52,315 bases of DNA. It comes from Minisyncoccota bacterium. GTDB taxonomy: Bacteria > Patescibacteriota > Minisyncoccia > Phycocordibacterales > UBA9973. The DNA is taken from contig DALYDY010000005.1 of the NCBI GenBank assembly GCA_031972855.1, positions 1 through 52,315 on the forward strand, given 5' to 3'. Positions within the stretch are counted from its first letter, which is position 1; every line of letters begins with the position of its first letter. Made by a program: the position numbers and the translations under genes. The notes beneath the pieces were generated by a model that was not told where the DNA came from, made no database searches, and was given only the letters and a program-made list of their open reading frames with translations. Below, in pieces: positions 28,212 through 36,893 of this stretch.

Positions 28212-28664
28212 TTATTGTTGTATCCACAAAACAGCTTCTTCTAAAGTTTTTGCTTGGTGTATTTTATATCGTTCGCAAATAATATCTATATTTCCTTTTC
28301 TCCAAAAACCTTCAGGACAGACCACAATCATTTTATTGGGTTTTGTACCAAATAAACCAAGTTCTAAAAGACTGATAGGGGATTTTGTTTTGGGATCAAA
28401 ATATAAAATAACTTTATGTGCTTGTTCAAGTCCATCAAGTTCCCAATTTACTTGATTATAAAATTCATAATTTTCTTTTTCTTGTTTCCAATCGCTGTTC
28501 CAAGAATCTCGTCTAGGATTAAATATTGTCCACTCTGTATCTTTTAGCATATAAGTCACACGATCTTGCCATTTTTCTGCTATATCCATTTCGATACTTC
28601 CAGCAAGGAATACTGAAGGATGTGTTTGGTCTGGAATATTTTCTGGTGGCTTAATCATTCTCAT
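28212..28664 (-). CDS. Nucleoside 2-deoxyribosyltransferase-like protein
   Basis: VFLAGSIE, W.Q, FNPRR, WEL..L..A and SPISLLELG. Confidence 0.8.
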   Translation of the reverse strand: MRMIKPPENIPDQTHPSVFLAGSIEMDIAEKWQDRVTYMLKDTEWTIFNPRRDSWNSDWKQEKENYEFYNQVNWELDGLEQAHKVILYFDPKTKSPISLLELGLFGTKPNKMIVVCPEGFWRKGNIDIICERYKIHQAKTLEEAVLWIQQ

Positions 28665-28681
28665 AATACTAATTTTATTAT

Positions 28682-29347
28682 TTAAAAATTTTTTATTTCT
28701 AGTTCTTTTACTGCACGAGTATAAAGCTTTGCTGGACGTTGTCTCATACCTGTTAGAACGTGTTTTGTTTCTTTTATAAAACCAAGTTGATCTATTTGTT
28801 TTCTAAAATTTCTTTTATCAAGTTTTTTGTTTAGAATAACTTCATATACTTCTTGTAGTTGTGATAGTGTAAAGAGTTTTGGTAATACATTTATACCTAT
28901 TGTTGTGTACTCAAGCTTGCCTCTAAGACGTTTAATACCATAATTAATAATATCTTTATGGTCAAATGCTAGTTGTGGAAGTTTTTTTATATCGTATAGT
29001 GCTGGGGCTTGAGCCTGACTATTTTCTTTTGAATAAGTAAGTGGAGAGGGAATAAGAGCTATATAGGTAATTGAAAAAACTGGTCCACGTGGATCACGGC
29101 CTGGTGTATAAAAAGTATATAACTGTTCAAGATATGAAGGTTTTACACCTGTTTTTTCTTCTAGTATACGAATGGCTGCAATTTCTGCTGTTTCGCCAGC
29201 TAGTAAATAACCTCCAGGAAGTGCATGTATACCTTGGAATGGTTTACCTTCACGCTCAATCAGAAGCACTTTTAAGGCTCCGTCTTCTATTGTTGCTAGT
29301 ATTATATCTACAGTCACGGTTGGATTTAAAAACTGTTTTTCTTTCAT
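28682..29347 (-). CDS. nrtR: NrtR-family regulator (Nudix plus winged HTH)
   Basis: PTVTVD, LPGG...RILEEKTG, LEQLYTF...RDPRG, LAFDH, FTLSQLQ.VYE.IL, DKRNFRK and RPAKLY. Confidence 0.9.
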   Translation of the reverse strand: MKEKQFLNPTVTVDIILATIEDGALKVLLIEREGKPFQGIHALPGGYLLAGETAEIAAIRILEEKTGVKPSYLEQLYTFYTPGRDPRGPVFSITYIALIPSPLTYSKENSQAQAPALYDIKKLPQLAFDHKDIINYGIKRLRGKLEYTTIGINVLPKLFTLSQLQEVYEVILNKKLDKRNFRKQIDQLGFIKETKHVLTGMRQRPAKLYTRAVKELEIKNF

Positions 29348-29355
29348 AATTTATA

Positions 29356-31296
29356 TTATAACTCTTTTAGCCATGTATCAGCTAGAGCGTCTGAAGGCAT
29401 ACGCCAGTCGCCACGAGGAGAAAGTGAAACAGATCCTACTTTTGGTCCGTCAGGCATTACAGAGCGTTTCCATTGATTTTTGAAAAATCTACTAATAAAT
29501 GATTTTAACCATTTTTTTATAACATCTTCACTAAAATCTCCTTCGAAAGCAATCGTCGCAAGTGCTAGTATTTTTTGTGGACTACTACCCCAACGCACAA
29601 GGTGATATAGAAAGAAATCATGAAGAATATATGGTCCAACAACATCTTCTGTTTTTTGAGTTACAACATCATCTGTCATTCTTGTTAGTTCTGGAGATAT
29701 AGGTGTTTCAAGAATATCAATAAGAACTTTTTTAAGTTTTTCATCACTCATTTCTGCTACATGACGAACAATATATTGAACAAGAGTTTTTGGAATACTT
29801 CCATTTACATTATAGTGAGCCATTTGATCACCGTTGAAAGTACACCAACCGAGAGCACTTTCAGAAAGATCTCCTGTACCAATAACCATCCCGCCGACTT
29901 GATTTGCTTTGTCCATAAGTATCATTGTTCGGTATCTAGCTTGGCTATTTTCAAAAACAACATCTTCGTTTTTTGGGTCGTGACCTATATCTTTAAAATG
30001 TTGCAATACTCCATCACTGATTGATATTTCTTCTAAGGTTACTCCTGTAGACTCTGCAAGAATAACGGCATTATTCTTTGTTCCTGATGTTGTACCAAAT
30101 CCTGGCATTGTTATGGCTACAATATTTTCTTTTGGAAGATTAAGAGCTTCACAAGTTTTTAAACAAACAAGAAATGCAAGAGTAGAATCAAGACCACCAG
30201 AAAGACCTATAACCATTTTTTTAACTCCAGAACTCTCGAGGCGTTTTGCTAAGCCTGTTACTTGGATATTAAAGATATCGTCAACAACTTCGATTTGCTC
30301 TGCTTTATTGTCAGGAAGGAAAGGAGTTTTGCTTACTGTACGTTTTAAAGGTAGGTCTTTTACACTTTGTATATTAACGGGAATTTTTTGATATTTTTGA
30401 TTTTCTACTGAATATTGATTGTCGGCAAAAGAATTTGTACGATTTCTTTCTGTAACTAAATGGTCTATATCAATATCAGCATAAGTTATTACTGTTTCTC
30501 TTTTAAAACGAGGTGATTCTGAAATCATTATTCCATTTTCCGCAATGATTGAATGTCCACTAAAAACCACATCAGTTGTTGATTCATCAACTCCAGAAGA
30601 AACGTATGCGTACGCACTTATTGTTTTAGCGGATTGCATTATGCTTAGATTTTTTCTATAAGCAGCTTTTCCAACAAGTTCATTTGAAGCTGAAAGATTT
30701 AAAAGTATTGTGGCACCATTTAAAGCATGTAGGGTTGATGGGGGAATAGGCATCCATCCGTCTTCACATATATCAATACCAAAAGTAATTTGTTCATTTG
30801 TTGTATCAGAAAATAATAAAGAACGACCATAAGGTATATCTTCATTATTTATTTTAATTGTATTTTCGTGAGTTTCGAATCCAGAAATAAACCAACGTTT
30901 TTCATAAAATTCTTTATAGTTTGGAAGGTGTAGTTTTGGAACAACTCCAACTATTTTTCCATTTGTATATATAACAGCTGCATTGATAATTCCACGAACT
31001 GTACGTATTGGAGCGCCGACAACAATAGTCGCTTCTATATCTCTAAGTTCTTCACTCAATTTTTCAAGACCTTCTGCAACATCTTTGTGCAATGATTCAT
31101 TAAGAAACAAATCTCCAGCAGTATAGCCAGTCAAAGCAAGTTCTGGAAGAACTATTAGTCTTGCGCCTTCAAAATAAGCATTTTTAATACTTTCTAGACA
31201 GATAATGATATTTTTTTGTACGTCTCCAATCGAAAGACGGGGACTAATGGTTGCAATTCTAACAAATGTGTAAGGAGTCTTGTGTTTTGATGACAT
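29356..31296 (-). CDS. nadE: Glutamine-dependent NAD+ synthetase
   Basis: Nitrilase domain (PELALTGY, KLHLPNYKEFYE, DICED) plus GLSGGLDSTLA, ENSQARYR, GTGDLSE and SPEL. Confidence 0.97.
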   Translation of the reverse strand: MSSKHKTPYTFVRIATISPRLSIGDVQKNIIICLESIKNAYFEGARLIVLPELALTGYTAGDLFLNESLHKDVAEGLEKLSEELRDIEATIVVGAPIRTVRGIINAAVIYTNGKIVGVVPKLHLPNYKEFYEKRWFISGFETHENTIKINNEDIPYGRSLLFSDTTNEQITFGIDICEDGWMPIPPSTLHALNGATILLNLSASNELVGKAAYRKNLSIMQSAKTISAYAYVSSGVDESTTDVVFSGHSIIAENGIMISESPRFKRETVITYADIDIDHLVTERNRTNSFADNQYSVENQKYQKIPVNIQSVKDLPLKRTVSKTPFLPDNKAEQIEVVDDIFNIQVTGLAKRLESSGVKKMVIGLSGGLDSTLAFLVCLKTCEALNLPKENIVAITMPGFGTTSGTKNNAVILAESTGVTLEEISISDGVLQHFKDIGHDPKNEDVVFENSQARYRTMILMDKANQVGGMVIGTGDLSESALGWCTFNGDQMAHYNVNGSIPKTLVQYIVRHVAEMSDEKLKKVLIDILETPISPELTRMTDDVVTQKTEDVVGPYILHDFFLYHLVRWGSSPQKILALATIAFEGDFSEDVIKKWLKSFISRFFKNQWKRSVMPDGPKVGSVSLSPRGDWRMPSDALADTWLKEL

Positions 31297-31304
31297 ATAA
31301 TATA

Positions 31305-31323
31305 TAGTGTTTATAGTACACTA
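31305..31323. promoter_or_regulatory. Operator box 5 (putative NrtR site) upstream of nadE-nrtR
   Basis: TAGTGT-TTATAGT-ACACTA, 9 nt from the nadE start codon. Confidence 0.8.
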
Positions 31324-31395
31324 ATACTTTAGCAAATTCATTTGTCTGAGTCAACTAGTTTTGTTCATTTATAAAATTACATATACAATAATCAT

Positions 31396-32094
31396 ATGAA
31401 TACTTTAATTACACACAACGGGAAGGAAATTCCTGTTCTTGGTGAATTTGCAGAAAAAGCAATTACTTCACCAATTTTTATTTCTTGGATTAATAATATT
31501 AATCAATCTTTTATTCTCCATTCAATAAAAATTCAATCTCTCGATACTACACATTCTGGTTCTAGAGTTATTTTTATTAAAATTATTGCAAGTGTTACAT
31601 ATCCAGGAGGGAGTGAACACAACACCGTAATTTTTCTTCGTGGTAATGCTGTTGTTATTCTTCCTGTACTTATTTGCAATTCAAAACGTTATGCGCTTTT
31701 AGTAAAACAAGCACGTCTACCTGTTGGTCAAGAAATATTTGAACTTCTCGCTGGGATGATGGATGGATTATCAGATCCAAAAGAAGTTATTCTACGCGAA
31801 CTCGAAGAGGAGGCAAATTTTGTTTCTAAAGCAGGAATTGTTAAGGATGATATACGCCAACTTTCATCAAAAGGTATTATGTCATCTCCTGGTATCTTGG
31901 ATGAATGTACATTTCCATTTTTTCTTGAAAAAGAAATTTCTAAAGAATTATTTGATTCTTTAGATGGTAGTATGGGTGGTCTCGAAGAAGAAGGGGAGCA
32001 AATAAGAGTCAAGATTGTACCCTATGAAGATATTGCTAATTATTGTACAGATTCAAAGACTTTAGCCACTTTATACCTTTACGAACATCGTTAA
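31396..32094 (+). CDS. NUDIX hydrolase, NUDT14/ADP-sugar pyrophosphatase-like
   Basis: VIFLRGNAV, KQARLPVG..FELLAGMMD...RELEEEA, SPGILDE and EGEQI; promoter TTGTTC-17-TACAAT. Confidence 0.85.
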   Translation: MNTLITHNGKEIPVLGEFAEKAITSPIFISWINNINQSFILHSIKIQSLDTTHSGSRVIFIKIIASVTYPGGSEHNTVIFLRGNAVVILPVLICNSKRYALLVKQARLPVGQEIFELLAGMMDGLSDPKEVILRELEEEANFVSKAGIVKDDIRQLSSKGIMSSPGILDECTFPFFLEKEISKELFDSLDGSMGGLEEEGEQIRVKIVPYEDIANYCTDSKTLATLYLYEHR

Positions 32095-32110
32095 AGATTT
32101 TTGTCCCAAA

Positions 32111-32168
32111 GCACCTTTTAAGCAAAGGTGTTTTTTTATTTGACATATTAATAAATATATAATACAAT
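32111..32168 (+). promoter_or_regulatory. Terminator followed by the overlapping prs promoter
   Basis: gcaccttt/aaaggtg plus T7; TTGACA 32140-32145, 17-nt spacer, TACAAT 32163-32168. Confidence 0.7.
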
Positions 32169-32191
32169 AATTTCAAACAAATTAACAAAAA

Positions 32192-33178
32192 ATGAACAAT
32201 AAGGACACAATTTATGTGTGTGTTGTTGGAAACAAACATGCATTACAAAAAGAAATCATTGAAGCTCTTAAGAAGATTCACTCACAAGTTGTTGAGATTC
32301 ATAACGACATATTCCGTTTTGAAAGTGGAGAACACAAACCTGTAATTAAAGAGTCTGTTAGAAATAAAGATGTTATTGTTATCTCTACTTTGGAAGAGAA
32401 TATTGATACTGAAGTATTAAAACTTCTATTTACTATAGACGCTCTGAGACGGGCAAGTGCCAACAGAATAGATGTGCTGATGCCATACCTATATTATGAC
32501 AGGCAAGATAAAACCAGTGGTAAAAGAGAATCTATTAGTTGTGCTATTCTCGCAAGATTTTATGAATTGTGTGGTGCTAGTAGTATGACTACTGTCCATC
32601 TACATAATGAAGCAATCGAAGGGTTCTTTCATGGACCTTGTGACTCTATAGGAACTAGGAAGCTTTTTTGGAATCATCTGAAAAATTATTGCATTGCTAA
32701 AGACGAATATTTTGACCCTTCTGAATGGATGATAATTTTTCCTGACGAAGGTGCAAGTAAAATTGTTAGAGACTATGTAAAGAGAGCTGGTGCTGGAGGT
32801 TATGCTGGATTTTCAAAACAGCGAATTGTTGCAAATGATGTTGAGTGGATGGATTTTTTTGGTAAAGTTGAAGGGATGCGTTGTTTTGTATTTGATGACA
32901 AAATAGATACTGGCGGAACTTTGGTAAAAGCCGGCAAATTATTGATAGAACAAGGAGCTAAAGAAACAATAGCTGCTTGTACTTACGGATTACTAAATCG
33001 TACAGCACCTACAGATCTTCAAAATTCAGCATATTCAAAAATTTTCATTACGGATTTAATGAATATTCCAGAATCAAAACTTTTTAACAAGCTTGAGATT
33101 GTTGGAACGGCAGAATATTTAGCTGAAGTCCTTATCAAAAAACACCACGGAGAATCTCTCCGTGAGGAATATTGGTAG
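32192..33178 (+). CDS. prs: Ribose-phosphate pyrophosphokinase family protein (divergent)
   Basis: FESGE, ESVRNKDV, PYLYYDRQDK, PDEG and DDKIDTGGT. Confidence 0.9.
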   Translation: MNNKDTIYVCVVGNKHALQKEIIEALKKIHSQVVEIHNDIFRFESGEHKPVIKESVRNKDVIVISTLEENIDTEVLKLLFTIDALRRASANRIDVLMPYLYYDRQDKTSGKRESISCAILARFYELCGASSMTTVHLHNEAIEGFFHGPCDSIGTRKLFWNHLKNYCIAKDEYFDPSEWMIIFPDEGASKIVRDYVKRAGAGGYAGFSKQRIVANDVEWMDFFGKVEGMRCFVFDDKIDTGGTLVKAGKLLIEQGAKETIAACTYGLLNRTAPTDLQNSAYSKIFITDLMNIPESKLFNKLEIVGTAEYLAEVLIKKHHGESLREEYW

Positions 33179-33263
33179 TTCTTTAAAAGCCCTTTTTTGG
33201 GCTTTTTCTTTTTGGCTTATTTATGTGTTAGGATTTATATATAATAATAAATTAAATTTAATC

Positions 33264-34919
33264 ATGGCCTATCTTCTATTTCCTGGTAGACACCTTCTTA
33301 ATACAAAATTCCAAGAGACCTATTTATGGGACATTCTTCGTTTGCCAGTAGGTAAGCTTGATCTTGTTGGGCAGACATCAATTTCTTCAGAAGAAAGAAT
33401 TACTCACATAATATTTGCGGTTACATCTTCCAATCAATCCAATTCCCGTTACAATCCAATTCCATTTTTTGAAAGAGCAATTACTCTTGACCGCTTTGCC
33501 CATCAATACAAAGAAGCTCTCGATATTAGTTATCAGATAATAGGTATACCTCATTTTAATCCTACAGATAATTTTGCTTCATATATATTAAAAGAATTAC
33601 AAGAACAAGAAGAAGATATAGTTCGTCTCGATCCTTCAAATACTATTGTACTATGTTCAACTCATGCTTTGATTAAACAATATAAAGATTTGGGATTTGC
33701 AATTCTTCCTGCAGAGTATGATCTTGAAAAGAATGAATACACAAAAGAGACTCCAATTAGTACTCTAAAAAAATTCGTAAATATTGGTGAAAATTGGAAA
33801 CAAGATAATACACTGACTGATTTTATGTCCAAAGCAACAAGAGAAGTTTGGACTGATTTCCCAACAATTCCAAGAAATATTTTACGTTTGTGGAATGACC
33901 CACTTCTAACAGAGAGCGGTAGTCTTACTATTGATAGAAATTATAGTACTTATGCAATAGGTATGGGTCATCAAGTATTGCTTGATATGAAGTATAAAGA
34001 TATTAAAGGTGCTGTTAAGTCAGGGAAGATTGTTGATGAAGGTTGTGCTGATGGCGCTCTCATGGTGCGTTTGGCGGAAGATTTTCCTGATTCTGATATT
34101 GTAGGTATTGAACTTACTACAGAATTTACAGCACGTTGTCAGGAGCGTTTGCGAGCTGGAGAATTTGGCGGTACTTATGTACACTTTCATCAACGCAATC
34201 TGCTCGAGCCTATTTTTGATGAAAATAGTATAGATACAACTATTTGTAATTCTACAACGCATGAATTATGGTCATACGGTAACAAAGAAGAAAGTCTTAT
34301 TGGATATCTAAAAAATAAATACACTCAATTGCGTAAAGGGGGACGAATAGTTATTCGTGATGTTGTAGGTCCTGAAAATAAAGATCAAGAAGTTTATGTA
34401 TCTTTAAATAGAGAAGACGGTTCAAATGATGATGTTTTGAAAGATTGTAGTAGTCATCAAGAATTACAAAATCATATTACTAATCTTTCAACATATGGAA
34501 GATTTGTTAGATTCGCACAAGACTATCTTATAGATATGAGAAATGATGGACGTAGAGGAGAAGATACAAAAATCTCTTTTAGAGAAGAAGAAATTGATGG
34601 TAAAAAATACATAGTTACTACATTGAAAAATATAGTTGAATTTATGACCAAAAAAGATTATGTCGATAATTGGCGAAGTGAACTTAATGAAGAGTTCGCA
34701 TATTGGAGTTTTAGTGACTGGAAAAAAGCACTAAGCAATCACGGATTTAAAGTTATAGAAAATCCAAATGAAAAAGAAGGAGTCTCTGTGAGTTATAGAA
34801 ATGATTGGATTGTAAAGAATCGCTGGGAAGGTAAGGTTGAACTTTTTAAAAATAAAAATGGAGAACTTATACTTTTGGAATATCCTCCAACACACATGGT
34901 ATTAGTTGCCGAAAAATAA
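33264..34919 (+). CDS. Fusion of a nucleotidyltransferase-like N-terminal domain and a class I SAM-dependent methyltransferase
   Basis: LLFPGRH...IIFAVTSSN....RYNP N-terminus; IVDEGCADG motif I, GIELT and NSTTHE; start at MAYLL. Confidence 0.65.
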   Translation: MAYLLFPGRHLLNTKFQETYLWDILRLPVGKLDLVGQTSISSEERITHIIFAVTSSNQSNSRYNPIPFFERAITLDRFAHQYKEALDISYQIIGIPHFNPTDNFASYILKELQEQEEDIVRLDPSNTIVLCSTHALIKQYKDLGFAILPAEYDLEKNEYTKETPISTLKKFVNIGENWKQDNTLTDFMSKATREVWTDFPTIPRNILRLWNDPLLTESGSLTIDRNYSTYAIGMGHQVLLDMKYKDIKGAVKSGKIVDEGCADGALMVRLAEDFPDSDIVGIELTTEFTARCQERLRAGEFGGTYVHFHQRNLLEPIFDENSIDTTICNSTTHELWSYGNKEESLIGYLKNKYTQLRKGGRIVIRDVVGPENKDQEVYVSLNREDGSNDDVLKDCSSHQELQNHITNLSTYGRFVRFAQDYLIDMRNDGRRGEDTKISFREEEIDGKKYIVTTLKNIVEFMTKKDYVDNWRSELNEEFAYWSFSDWKKALSNHGFKVIENPNEKEGVSVSYRNDWIVKNRWEGKVELFKNKNGELILLEYPPTHMVLVAEK

Positions 34920-34931
34920 ATTATGTATAAA

Positions 34932-34961
34932 AAAATCCCCTCAGTATGTCGAGGGGATTTT
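34932..34961. terminator. Bidirectional terminator
   Basis: aaaatcccctc/gaggggatttt. Confidence 0.7.
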
Positions 34962-34967
34962 GTCCAC

Positions 34968-36086
34968 CTATTTAAGAACAGGAGACATGGCAAAACTTTT
35001 AGATATACCAGAAATGTATGTTCCAATACGATCAGTCTCTGTTACTAAAGGGTTTTTAAAATATTCTGCTACAGCATAATTGATTGCGTCGCCTTGGTCT
35101 TTATATCCCATATGGTTAAGCATCATTGCTCCAGAAAGGATTAAAGCTATTGGACTGGCAATATTCTTACCAGTAATACTTGGTGCGGTGCCGTGTGTTG
35201 CTTCAAAAATAGAGAATGTATTACCTGAGTTTACACCAGGGCAATATTGAACACCACCAATTAGTCCTGCCGCCAAACTGCTTAAAATATCACCGTACAA
35301 ATTTTCTGTAACGATAATATCGAAGCGCTCAGGGTTGGTGACCATAGTTTGAGCAACATCATCGATATGCATGCTTTCAAGTGTAAGTTTTGAATCCACA
35401 CTTCTCTCATTGTTAAATATTTGCTCACATACTCTTACAAAAAGACCGTCAGTCTCTTTCATAATATTTGCTTTTGCAACTACTGTGATTTTTTTTCGGC
35501 CGTTTTCTTCCGCAAACAAGATTGCTTTACGCATTAGGCGATGAGTATTTTTAAATGAAATTAATTTTAAGCCCACAGCCGTTTTTGTCGGGTCAAAATA
35601 AGTATTTACTCTTTCATTAACAAATTTAATAATATCGTTAGTACGACTATGTTCTGGCCCATATTCGAATCCTGCGTACAAGTCCTCCATGTTTTCCCGG
35701 AAGATTATCATATCAATCTTACTAGGATCTTTGAGATTGCTCGGCATACCCTCCATATATTTTATAGGGCGGATACAAGCAAATTGTTCGAGTAAATTAC
35801 GCAATTGTACATTTACTGAACGGTAGCCTGTACCTTCAGGTGTGTTAGCTGGACCTTTGATTGCAACATTGAAATTTTCTTCATCGTGATGAAGGAGTAC
35901 TTTCATTGTTGCGTCAGGAAGGGGGCTTCCATGTTTGGCAAGCGCTTGCTCACCAATATCAAGATCAATCCATTCAATCACAGCTACTTTTTCCATAGCA
36001 GCTTCGATAACTTTTTTTGTTGCGGCCATAATCTCGTCCGAGATGCCATCACCGTTTAAAACGGGAATCTTTATTTTTTTCTTCAT
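34968..36086 (-). CDS. icd: Isocitrate dehydrogenase-like beta-decarboxylating dehydrogenase
   Basis: GDGI..EI, IKGP..TP, RSVNVQLR, RENMEDLYAG, KANIMK, NLYGD and FEATHGTAP; promoter TTGACT-17-TATAAT at 36140-36112. Confidence 0.85.
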   Translation of the reverse strand: MKKKIKIPVLNGDGISDEIMAATKKVIEAAMEKVAVIEWIDLDIGEQALAKHGSPLPDATMKVLLHHDEENFNVAIKGPANTPEGTGYRSVNVQLRNLLEQFACIRPIKYMEGMPSNLKDPSKIDMIIFRENMEDLYAGFEYGPEHSRTNDIIKFVNERVNTYFDPTKTAVGLKLISFKNTHRLMRKAILFAEENGRKKITVVAKANIMKETDGLFVRVCEQIFNNERSVDSKLTLESMHIDDVAQTMVTNPERFDIIVTENLYGDILSSLAAGLIGGVQYCPGVNSGNTFSIFEATHGTAPSITGKNIASPIALILSGAMMLNHMGYKDQGDAINYAVAEYFKNPLVTETDRIGTYISGISKSFAMSPVLK

Positions 36087-36195
36087 CTTTATTGGGTTTT
36101 TAGTTTGTTATATTATAGCACTTATATATTATATAGTCAATAACTAAAAAACCTCATAAAATATGGGTTTTTTAGTTATCACTTTCTTAATTTTT

Positions 36196-36870
36196 TTAAG
36201 CAGTTTGGTCTTCGTTTGATATTTCTTTTTTTAACTCCTCTTTTGTCATTACACCTTTTGTAATTTCTTTAGTGATTTTTTCATCTGCTTCTTGTTCGAG
36301 TTCTGTATCTGAAGGTATATCTTGACCCATTAAATAAGAATAATTATATTCACTACGCTCTGGTTCTGTTTTGAATAATCTTCTAAGTAAACCTCTAAAA
36401 CCGCGCTGTTTTTTATTTTCAGGAATTGTTTTCAAATTATCTTTTCCAGCAACTCCACCATATACTGTTTGGTCTATATCTCTTGTTTGAAAAGGAATAT
36501 CTGACCAAGTTCTATCTTTATAGTGCTGATTCATTGATTCGTGTTTTCTAAATTCTTCAGCATCGTGTTGTTCATAGGCTTTTCCAATAGCATCACGTAG
36601 TCCTTTTGTATCTGGTTCTATATTATATTCTTGATATCTTTCGGCAATTTCTTCATCAGTTAGTTCTCTGTATGAATCTGCCTCTGGTCCTTTGTATTCG
36701 CTTTCAACATCTTCAGCTATCTCTTTTTTATTATCAATAGTATCTTCAATAGAAGGTGATAGGTCTGCTACTTCTTTTTTATTTTTTCCATCTACAGCGT
36801 CTTCATATCTATCAAAGTTGTCTGGATTGTTTGGGTTAACTCCTTTTATAAAATGTTCTTCTTTTTTCAT
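36196..36870 (-). CDS. Hypothetical acidic, probably disordered protein
   Basis: E/D/K-rich 224-aa ORF downstream of recA. Confidence 0.65.
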   Translation of the reverse strand: MKKEEHFIKGVNPNNPDNFDRYEDAVDGKNKKEVADLSPSIEDTIDNKKEIAEDVESEYKGPEADSYRELTDEEIAERYQEYNIEPDTKGLRDAIGKAYEQHDAEEFRKHESMNQHYKDRTWSDIPFQTRDIDQTVYGGVAGKDNLKTIPENKKQRGFRGLLRRLFKTEPERSEYNYSYLMGQDIPSDTELEQEADEKITKEITKGVMTKEELKKEISNEDQTA

Positions 36871-36893
36871 AAAAATTTAAATTAAGTAAATAA

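Noticed and set aside
20450-36190. Integrative mobile element boundaries for the NAD island
   Set aside because: No integrase, transposase, tRNA target or flanking direct repeats visible; horizontal origin remains inference only
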